From Alphaproteobacteria bacterium (GTDB lineage Bacteria > Pseudomonadota > Alphaproteobacteria > Rickettsiales > SXRF01): 64,000 nt of DNA. The stretch spans positions 81,396 through 145,395 of the forward strand of contig JANRKF010000013.1 in the NCBI GenBank assembly GCA_033763575.1. The letters run 5' to 3'. Of the stretch, positions 1 through 6,957 are shown one piece after another; the stretch's first letter is position 1; each line of letters starts with the position of its first letter. Made by a program: the position numbers and the translations under genes. A model generated the notes under the pieces. The model did not search any database. It saw only the letters and a list, made by a program, of their open reading frames with translations, and had not been told where the DNA came from.

Positions 1-2628
1 GGCGGCACGCCGGACGATGCAAGCATCGTGCGCTTTGTCGAAGAAATTCGCTCGCGTGGCCTCAAGGTCGCGTTTTACCCGCTGCTGTTCATGGATATCA
101 TCGGCAAACCGTGGCGCGGGGAGCTGACCGGCAGCAGCGCCGATGTCGCAGACTTCTTCACCAAAGCGAACGGCTATAACGCCTTCATCAATCACTATGT
201 CGGCCTGCTTGCCGGCAAGGTCGACGCCTTCATCATAGGCTCGGAACTCAAAGGCCTCACCAGCGTTACAAGTACCCCCGGGGTGTATCCGGCGGTATCG
301 GCACTGGTAAGCCTTGCAGGCACGGTAAAAACCGCGCTCGGCGGCAGTGTCACCGTCACCTACGCCGCCGACTGGTCGGAATATCACCACACCGACGACG
401 GCTGGTATAACCTTGATCCGCTCTGGGCCTCTTCCAGCATCGACGTGGTCGGCATCGACGCCTATTTCCCCTTAAGCAACGTGCAGGCCAGCCTGTATGA
501 TATCGATGAAATCCGCGATGGCTGGACCTCCGGCGAGGGCTATGATTTTTATTATTCCGACCCGGAACGTACCACCGAAGTGGCGCTCGATCCGGAATTC
601 GCATGGAAAAATATCGCGTGGTTCTACAATAATACCCACGTCAATCCCGACATGTCCACCACCGGCTGGACCGCCGGCATGAAAAAAATCTGGTTTACCG
701 AGGTGGGGTATCCGAGCGTCGATGCCTGCACCAACCAGCCGAACGTGTTTTACGATCCGAGCAGCAGCGGCAGAGCCTTCCCTTATTTCTCCAAAGGCCG
801 CGTCGATATCCGCGCCCAGCGCGCCGCCCTCATGGCGACGCTTGAGGAATGGAAGGGTTCTTCCATCGTCGAACAGATATTCCTCTGGACCTGGGATGCG
901 CGGCCTTTCCCATACTGGCCCGACCTCACCAGCATCTGGAGCGACGGTGCGGCGTGGAAAACCGGCCACTGGGTGCAGGGCAAGCTCGGCATCTCGAATG
1001 TCTCGGCCATCGTTTCCGACCTCTGCGCCCGCGCCGGGCTGGACGAAACGCTCATCGACGTCGCCTCCGTCAATATACCCGTGGAGGGGTATGTGATCGG
1101 CCGCCAGCAGTCGCTCCGCAGCTGCATCGAAGCGCTGCAATCGGCATTCTTTTTCGATGCGGCGGAAAGCGATTACATCCTGAAATTCATCCCACGCGGC
1201 GGCGAGAGCATCCTCACCATCGAGGAGGATGATCTGGTGATGCAGGAACGCTCCGGCAGCAACAACAGCTTCACGCTCAGGCGCATGCAGGAGGTGGAGC
1301 TGCCCAAGCGGGTGAACGTCATGTATTTAAGCCGACTGACCGGCTACCAGACCGCTACTCAATATGGCGAGCGCCAGGTCACCGAATCGAAGGACATCAA
1401 CACGCTCGATTTGCCGCTGGTGATGAGCGACCAGACCGCCAAAAACATCGCCGATATTACGCTCTATACGGCGTGGCTTTCGCGGGTGTCGTTCGAGTTC
1501 ACGCTGCCGCCAAAATATGCGGCGCTGGAGCCGGCCGATGTGATTACCGTGAATGCGTCGGGCGTTGCCCACACCATGCGTATCCTCACCATGCGGCTGG
1601 TTTCCGGCGGCATCGAAGTGTCGGCGGTGGCGGAAGATATCGCGGCCTATGATTTTTATCAGATACCGGGGGAGGGTATCCTCGCCGATACCGATAATGC
1701 CACCCTGCCGGAGACGGAACTGGAATTGCTCGACATCCCGGCGCTGCCCGGCGACAATGAAACGCAGGCCTTCCTGCGTATTGCCGCCACCGGGAAATCG
1801 GCAGGCTGGAACGGGGCGGCCATTTACCGCTCCGACGATGATGGCGCGAATTACACGCGGCTGGTGGATGCCACCTCGGCCAGCGCCATCGGCACCGCCT
1901 CCACCGCGCTCCCCTCCGGCACCACCGCCGTCTTCGACGATGCGAACAGCGTCACCGTCCTGCTGATCGGCAACACCAGCCTGCAATCGGTGAGCGCACT
2001 CGCGGTGTTAAACGGCGCCAATGCAGCACTCCTCGGCAGCGAAATCATCCAGTTCAAAAATGCCACGCTGGTCGGCGATAACACTTACGAATTGTCGGGC
2101 TTGCTGCGCGGCAGGCTCGGCACGGAATGGGCGGTGGGCACGCATGCGGCAGGCGAACGCTTCGTGCTGCTGGATTCGACGCTCGCCAAGGTGTCGGGCA
2201 GCCAGCAGATCGTGGGCCTTGCACGCTCCTACAAGGCGGTGACGTATGGGGGCACGCTGGCCGCCGCACCCGCCGAGGATTATACCTATACCGGGCTGGG
2301 GTATAAACCCTACAGCCCGGTGCATCTCACCGGCACGCGTGACGGCGGCGGCAACCTGACGATCGGCTGGGTGCGCCGCACCCGCGTGGGCGGCGGGTGG
2401 ATGGACGGGGTGGACGCGCCGCTTTCCGAATCCTCCGAAGCCTACGAAATCGACATTATGGACGGCAGCGATGTGGTGCGAACCATTTCCACCGCCACCA
2501 CCACCGCCAGCTACTCTGCCGCCAGCCAGACCGCCGATTTCGGCAGCCCGCAGGCTTCCATCGATGTGCGCATCACCCAGCTCTCCGCCATAGTCGGGCG
2601 CGGCACGGCGGGCACGGCAACCATTTAA
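1..2628 (+). CDS. GTA/phage tail host-specificity protein (RcGTA ORFg15-like), 5' end cut by the window edge
   Basis: Frame 1 is open from nt 1 (GGTPDDASIVRFVEEIRSRGLKVAFYPLLFMD...) to TAA 2626-2628. The N-terminal part resembles the TIM-barrel-like glycoside-hydrolase domain and the rest the large tail domain of the last gene of alphaproteobacterial GTA clusters. Confidence 0.8.
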   Translation, partial: GGTPDDASIVRFVEEIRSRGLKVAFYPLLFMDIIGKPWRGELTGSSADVADFFTKANGYNAFINHYVGLLAGKVDAFIIGSELKGLTSVTSTPGVYPAVSALVSLAGTVKTALGGSVTVTYAADWSEYHHTDDGWYNLDPLWASSSIDVVGIDAYFPLSNVQASLYDIDEIRDGWTSGEGYDFYYSDPERTTEVALDPEFAWKNIAWFYNNTHVNPDMSTTGWTAGMKKIWFTEVGYPSVDACTNQPNVFYDPSSSGRAFPYFSKGRVDIRAQRAALMATLEEWKGSSIVEQIFLWTWDARPFPYWPDLTSIWSDGAAWKTGHWVQGKLGISNVSAIVSDLCARAGLDETLIDVASVNIPVEGYVIGRQQSLRSCIEALQSAFFFDAAESDYILKFIPRGGESILTIEEDDLVMQERSGSNNSFTLRRMQEVELPKRVNVMYLSRLTGYQTATQYGERQVTESKDINTLDLPLVMSDQTAKNIADITLYTAWLSRVSFEFTLPPKYAALEPADVITVNASGVAHTMRILTMRLVSGGIEVSAVAEDIAAYDFYQIPGEGILADTDNATLPETELELLDIPALPGDNETQAFLRIAATGKSAGWNGAAIYRSDDDGANYTRLVDATSASAIGTASTALPSGTTAVFDDANSVTVLLIGNTSLQSVSALAVLNGANAALLGSEIIQFKNATLVGDNTYELSGLLRGRLGTEWAVGTHAAGERFVLLDSTLAKVSGSQQIVGLARSYKAVTYGGTLAAAPAEDYTYTGLGYKPYSPVHLTGTRDGGGNLTIGWVRRTRVGGGWMDGVDAPLSESSEAYEIDIMDGSDVVRTISTATTTASYSAASQTADFGSPQASIDVRITQLSAIVGRGTAGTATI

Positions 2629-2645
2629 CCAGAAAGGACTTCACC

Positions 2646-3293
2646 ATGACCACCACCTCCCATATTGCCATCACGCTTGTCGAGCAATCGCAGGCGCAAA
2701 AAGAAGTGACCGTGAACGCGGCGCTCACCCGCATCGACGCGCTATTGAACACCGGCGCCAAAAGCCGCACCACCGCCACTCCGCCGGGCTCGCCGGGCGA
2801 AGGTGACCTTTATATTGTCGCGGCTTCCGCGACCGGCGCATGGGCCGGGCAGGACGACAAGCTGGCTTTTTACAACGCCGGCTGGAAATTCATCACGCCG
2901 GGGGAGGGGATACAGCTCTTCGTGCAGGATGAAGACGTGTTTTACCTCTATAACGGCAGCTCATGGTTCTCGCAGGCGATTTATATTTATACCGCGCTTG
3001 CCGGCACCGCGCACACGCTCGACAGCAGCTATGTGGGCAAAACCATCACCTTCACCAATGCCAGCGCCGTGGCGTTCACTTTGCCGAACGACCTCTATGT
3101 CGGTTTCAAATGCCGCGTAATTCAATACGGGGCGGGGCAGGTGACGTTCACCCCAGACTCCGGCGCCACCCGCCGCAACCGCAGCAGCCACACCAAAAGC
3201 GCTGGTCTTTATGCCGTATGCACGCTGGAAGTGGTGAGCAATTCCGGCGGCACGGCGGCGGAATATATCTTATCGGGGGACACGGCGGCATGA
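2646..3293 (+). CDS. DUF2793-domain protein (GTA/phage tail-fibre-associated)
   Basis: ATG 2646 follows an AAAGGA RBS, 17 nt after the g15 stop. MTTTSHIAITLVEQSQAQKEVTVNAALTRIDALLN...GDLYIV...AFYNAGWKFITPGEG matches the DUF2793 N-terminal signature that usually follows g15. The 5' part of track ORF 2397..3293 overlaps g15 and is not coding. Confidence 0.7.
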   Translation: MTTTSHIAITLVEQSQAQKEVTVNAALTRIDALLNTGAKSRTTATPPGSPGEGDLYIVAASATGAWAGQDDKLAFYNAGWKFITPGEGIQLFVQDEDVFYLYNGSSWFSQAIYIYTALAGTAHTLDSSYVGKTITFTNASAVAFTLPNDLYVGFKCRVIQYGAGQVTFTPDSGATRRNRSSHTKSAGLYAVCTLEVVSNSGGTAAEYILSGDTAA

Positions 3294-3469
3294 GTTACAT
3301 CATTCAGGAGCGCGGCTGGCGGCTCGACCGGCGCGTGCCGCTGGGCATGGTGCTGGCGATCGCGCTACAGCTCGGCGCGGCTCTCGTATGGGCGGCGCAG
3401 CTCGATACACGCGTCGCCCGGATCGAGAAGGATATCGATTACATGCGCACTAAAATGGAATTGTTATGA
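3290..3469 (+). CDS. Small single-pass membrane protein, putative holin or lysis accessory protein
   Basis: 59 aa, MSYIIQERGWRLDRRVPLGMVLAIALQLGAALVWAAQL + coiled-coil tail. ATGA overlaps both the upstream gene (3290-3293) and the lysozyme start (3466-3469), implying translational coupling. Function is inferred from position only. Confidence 0.45.
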   Translation: MSYIIQERGWRLDRRVPLGMVLAIALQLGAALVWAAQLDTRVARIEKDIDYMRTKMELL

Positions 3470-3897
3470 AAATATCCGAGAACGGCCTCCTCCTCATCAA
3501 GCGGTTCGAGGGGTTCTCGGCCACTCCTTATCTATGCCCGGCGGGGAAGCTGACCATCGGCTACGGGCATGTCCTAGCCCCGCATTTATTGCGGGGTCCG
3601 GTGACAATAAAAGAAGCCGAAAAACTTCTGCTTGCGGATCTGGCCCCCGTCGAGGCCGCCATCAACCGGCTGGTCGTGGCTCCGCTCACCCAGAACCAGT
3701 TCGATGCGCTATGCTCGCTCACCTATAATATAGGGGTGGGGGCGTTTGCAAAATCGACGTTGTTGCGCTTACTGAACACCACCAACCACCAACCATCAAC
3801 CACCAACCAATTTTCCCGCTGGGTCTATGGGGGTGGAAAACGCCTCGCCGGGCTGGAAAAACGCCGCCGCGCCGAAATGGAATTGTTTCAGCAATAA
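3466..3897 (+). CDS. GH24 phage-type lysozyme (endolysin)
   Basis: MKISENGLLLIKRFEGFSATPYLCPAGKLTIGYGH... has the canonical E-(8)-D/C-(5)-T lysozyme N-terminus. ...FDALCSLTYNIG...RWVYGGGKRLAGLEKRRRAE matches the family C-terminus. Confidence 0.85.
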   Translation: MKISENGLLLIKRFEGFSATPYLCPAGKLTIGYGHVLAPHLLRGPVTIKEAEKLLLADLAPVEAAINRLVVAPLTQNQFDALCSLTYNIGVGAFAKSTLLRLLNTTNHQPSTTNQFSRWVYGGGKRLAGLEKRRRAEMELFQQ

Positions 3898-4057
3898 CCC
3901 TCCCCCCTTGAGGGGGAGGGAAGGGTGGGGGGTGGCGGAATAAATGAGAAACTGAAATAGGTAGCAACCACCCCTCCCCCAACCCCTCCCTCAAGGGGAG
4001 GGGGATATCTATAAAATACAACAAGATAATTATAACACCCCCCACCCCCCCGCCACC
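3898..4057. repeat. Composite nested palindromic repeat (family 1, CCCTCCCC-N4-GGGGAGGG hairpins)
   Basis: Hairpins ccctccccccttgagggggaggg (3898-3920) and cccctccctcaaggggagggg (3983-4004). gggtggggggtggcgg (3923-3938) is inverted at 4038-4057. Internal segments resemble the elements at 21824-21958 and 38966-39126. Confidence 0.7.
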
Positions 4058-4080
4058 TTCACATAACCGACACGCAATCT

Positions 4081-4122
4081 TCATCAAACTGTAACACACA
4101 AACGCTATTATTTTGCTATATT
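4081..4122 (+). promoter_or_regulatory. Shared promoter-like block, copy A (AAAC-TGTAACACAC...TATTAT)
   Basis: tcatcaaactgtaacacacaaacgctattatt is about 85% identical to 6870-6903. A TATTAT box lies 16 nt after the TGT, about 100 nt upstream of ATG 4189. Confidence 0.45.
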
Positions 4123-4188
4123 GGATTTTAAGTAAGGCAGGAGCAACCACCCCCTGCAGGTAACAACACTAGAAACGAGGAGAACGTT

Positions 4189-5595
4189 ATGGCTATATCA
4201 GCAGAAGAACTTGCAGCCTTATTTGAAAAAGGGCTTGGCAAAAAATCATTCGCCAAAATTATGGAAGCGGCGGTGGAAAACTCCACGCTGCTCGATTCAC
4301 TGACCGGCGCCCAAGAAGCTGCACTCAAGAAATTTGCTTCTAAGAATCCCGCTGCCGCCGCTGAAGCCTTTGGCAAACTCGCCGAAAGCCAAGCACGTAC
4401 TGCACTTGCAGAAGAACTTGGCGTAGACCCCGCAGCCGCTAAAAAAGAGGTAGACTGGGATTTAACACGCAAACCACGTGAATTTGAAGAAGCCATGACC
4501 GAGAGATACAAACGCATGGGCATCAAGAATTTTGCCGATGACATGGGCTTTGACAAGGAGAGCTTCGACGAGTCGGTTGGAAAACACGTCCGTATCACCG
4601 AAGACAAATATGGTGATGCCAAGGTCGAGCTTCGTAGAAAATCTGCCTTGGATGACATCAAGGGTGAGATTGACAAGTTACATCGGGATAAAGAGCGCCT
4701 GCTGGAGCGCGATCCATCAAAAACCAAGGAAATTGGCGCAATTGACAAGAAGCTTGAGGTGCTCGGTAAAAAAGCGCAGCGGGAAATTTATGACGCTCGC
4801 GAAAGTATCGATAAATACGCAAAGGGCCTTGATGATGCTCATGCGAAAAAAATGTATAAATTGGAAGATCGCCAACGTGAGATCACCGATGCTCTCGACT
4901 CTATCGACCACAAAGGCAAAAGAGGCGCTCGTAAAATCATTCTGGATGAAGAGCTGAAAAAATCCCTGTTGATTGAAACCGACCATGGACAATATCGCAT
5001 CGATGAAGATGGGGTAAGTTTGGCGGGTAGAAATAAATCTGGCAAGGCGGTTGAAGTAAAGGATTTAAAAGAGGGTCAAATCAAAGGCATTCGAGAAAAA
5101 GCCATAGAGCGTGTTGAACAGCGCTATGACGCTATCAGAGATGCTGCAAAAGAACGGCATGAGGTCGTACAAAAACACCTGACCAGCGCCTCTGAACATA
5201 TAAACGGCGAGATAAAAACAGAAGTCAGCACCAAAACCGGTATGGGCGAATGGACGGGTAAAACCGCTTCCAAGGTCACTCCGGGTGGGGTGCAGGCCGC
5301 CTCCAAAGGCATCATGACCGAAGTAGAATACGAAAAACTCAGCCCCACCGAGAAATTTGGCGCCAAAACCAAGGCGGTATTCAAAAGCGGCCCGATGGGC
5401 ATGGTGCAGACTGGCCTGATGGCGCTCGGCGGTATCGACGGTTTCCGCCGCATCATCGAGGGCGGCAGCGACATCATGTCGGGTGATCCTGAACGCCAGA
5501 ATGGCTGGAGCAAAGTCTTCATCGGCGTGCCGGAAGTGGCCGTTGCCGGATGGATCGGCCAGATGGGCGGGCGCAACAAAGTGCTCGGCGTATAA
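4189..5595 (+). CDS. Hypothetical K/E-rich coiled-coil protein with Gly-rich hydrophobic C-terminus (orphan)
   Basis: 468-aa ORF with GAGGAGAACGTTATG initiation context. Long charged helical repeats, then a C-terminal GPMGMVQTGLMALGGIDG...VAVAGWIGQMGG hydrophobic segment. No family recognised. Confidence 0.6.
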   Translation: MAISAEELAALFEKGLGKKSFAKIMEAAVENSTLLDSLTGAQEAALKKFASKNPAAAAEAFGKLAESQARTALAEELGVDPAAAKKEVDWDLTRKPREFEEAMTERYKRMGIKNFADDMGFDKESFDESVGKHVRITEDKYGDAKVELRRKSALDDIKGEIDKLHRDKERLLERDPSKTKEIGAIDKKLEVLGKKAQREIYDARESIDKYAKGLDDAHAKKMYKLEDRQREITDALDSIDHKGKRGARKIILDEELKKSLLIETDHGQYRIDEDGVSLAGRNKSGKAVEVKDLKEGQIKGIREKAIERVEQRYDAIRDAAKERHEVVQKHLTSASEHINGEIKTEVSTKTGMGEWTGKTASKVTPGGVQAASKGIMTEVEYEKLSPTEKFGAKTKAVFKSGPMGMVQTGLMALGGIDGFRRIIEGGSDIMSGDPERQNGWSKVFIGVPEVAVAGWIGQMGGRNKVLGV

Positions 5596-5617
5596 ATACT
5601 CCTTTAAAGTTTTTCCC

Positions 5618-5655
5618 ACCCCCCGCTAAACCCATGGTTTGCGGGGGTTTTCTTT
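5618..5655 (+). terminator. Rho-independent terminator
   Basis: accccccgc-taaacccatggtt-tgcgggggt stem-loop followed by a TTTTCTTT run, 23 nt after the stop at 5595. Confidence 0.6.
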
Positions 5656-5904
5656 GCCTTTTCGCCCGCCGCGCTGGCGGGGCAGAAACCCGTTTACACA
5701 TGCATTTTAGAATGTTAGACTGGTAGTTCGTCTTTATGCAATTTCCTGTATATTTCCCGCTGCGGCGAGAAAAATGCAAGGAATGCCGGAGCAGAGAAAC
5801 GCAAATGTAGATGGGCTACATGCGGATTCGAGCACCGCCATGACGCGGCAGTTTTCCGCCGCAGACAGGGAAAGACCAGGAAATTCCGAAGGGGGGTTAC
5901 TGTT

Positions 5905-6108
5905 TTGGTTGAAGTTGTAGTTCGTGATAATAACGTTGATCAGGCTCTGCGCGCATTGAAAAAGAAAATGCAGCGCGAGGGGCTTTTCCGCGAGATGAAA
6001 ATGCGCCGTCACTATGAAAAACCTTCCGAAGCCCGCGTTCGCGAGGCGGCGGAATCACAGCGTCGTGCCCGCAAGCTCGCCCGCAAGAATACCGATAAGA
6101 ACGACTAA
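5905..6108 (+). CDS. rpsU: 30S ribosomal protein S21
   Basis: (TTG start) [46 protein letters not shown]... is the canonical S21 sequence. Confidence 0.9.
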   Translation: MVEVVVRDNNVDQALRALKKKMQREGLFREMKMRRHYEKPSEARVREAAESQRRARKLARKNTDKND

Positions 6109-6151
6109 AGCCCCGCACTTGTTGCGGGGTCTGGTCTTCTTATAAGGCATT

Positions 6152-6185
6152 AAAAAACCCACCGTATCGAACGGTGGGTTTTTTT
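6152..6185. terminator. Bidirectional rho-independent terminator between convergent rpsU and ssb
   Basis: aaaaaacccaccgt-atcga-acggtgggtttttt: a perfect 8-bp GC-rich stem flanked by an A-run and a T-run. Confidence 0.75.
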
Positions 6186-6218
6186 GTAGCCGGACCCCGC
6201 AATAAATGCGGGGCTTGG

Positions 6219-6686
6219 CTAAAAAGGAATCTCATCATCCATCAGTTCAGCGACCGGCTTCGAGGCAGGCGCAGCGGAAGGCGAGTTGTAGCTTTGGCTC
6301 GCGCCGTAATCGCCGCTGCTGCCGCTGTCATCGCGCTTGCCGTCGAGCATGGTGAGCACGCCGTTAAAGCCCTGCAGCACCACTTCCGTGGAATATTTCT
6401 CCGCGCCGTCTTTATCGGTATATTTGCGGGTCTGGAGCGCGCCTTCGAGATAGACTTTCGCGCCTTTTTTCAGGTAGTTTTTGACCACCTTCACCAGGTT
6501 ATCGTTGAAAATGACCACGCGGTGCCACTCGGTCTTTTCCTTGCGCTCGCCGGTATTTTTGTCCTTCCAGCTCTCCGAGGTGGCGATGTTGAGGTTGGCG
6601 ATCTCGCGGCCATCCTGCGTGCTGCGGATTTCGGGATCACGCCCCAGATTGCCAATTAAAATCACTTTATTCACGCTTCCGGCCAT
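6219..6686 (-). CDS. ssb: Single-stranded DNA-binding protein
   Basis: [43 protein letters not shown]...TEWHRVVIF... OB fold, with the acidic tail ending DDEIPF. The start is moved to the internal ATG (6686) that matches the family N-terminus. Confidence 0.92.
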   Translation of the reverse strand: MAGSVNKVILIGNLGRDPEIRSTQDGREIANLNIATSESWKDKNTGERKEKTEWHRVVIFNDNLVKVVKNYLKKGAKVYLEGALQTRKYTDKDGAEKYSTEVVLQGFNGVLTMLDGKRDDSGSSGDYGASQSYNSPSAAPASKPVAELMDDEIPF

Positions 6687-6801
6687 AATGTTTCTCCCTG
6701 TTAAATCGGCCTGCATGGCAGCGCAGGAGGGCACCCATGTCAAGTCTTTTTACACCTCCGCCGCCGATTCCGCACGCCACCGGCGAAGGTTCTTTATAAA
6801 T

Positions 6802-6825
6802 AAGTTATTAATAAATTAATAACTT
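6802..6825. promoter_or_regulatory. 24-bp AT-rich palindrome in the ssb / 975-aa-gene divergent region
   Basis: aagttattaataaattaataactt is a near-perfect inverted repeat (one central mismatch). Function is unknown. Confidence 0.3.
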
Positions 6826-6869
6826 TAAATCATTTTATTTCCGAATGTCACAATTTTGTCGCACAGGAT

Positions 6870-6903
6870 TCACCGAACTGTAACACACGCCACGCTATAA
6901 TTG
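6870..6903 (+). promoter_or_regulatory. Shared promoter-like block, copy B (GAAC-TGTAACACAC...TATAAT)
   Basis: tcaccgaactgtaacacacgccacgctataatt. TATAAT at 6896-6901 lies 17 nt after the TGT. Extra tgtcacaa and tgtcgcaca boxes sit at 6846-6866. It is 55-80 nt upstream of ATG 6958. Confidence 0.5.
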
Positions 6904-6957
6904 GACTAGTATGAGGGTGAATAGAGAACCCGCAAATCGAATGAGCAGGAGAATGTT

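Noticed and set aside
2397-2645. N-terminal extension of the DUF2793 ORF
   Set aside because: It overlaps the 3' end of the g15-like gene in another frame and has an Arg/His-rich nonsense composition. The ATG at 2646 has an RBS and matches the family N-terminus.
4081-4113. Reading the shared block as an EcfG/ECF-type promoter (GGAAC-N16-17-CGTT)
   Set aside because: A (G/A)AAC is present, but the CG(C)T lies only 13-14 nt downstream in copies A and B and is absent in copy C. The spacing does not fit, so the sigma-factor assignment is left open.
4128-4748. 206-aa Ser-rich minus-strand ORF (also 6906-7871 and 7992-8738)
   Set aside because: These are antisense to the long K/E-rich or P/A-rich orphan ORFs. 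The sense frames are much longer and have RBS-ATG contexts.
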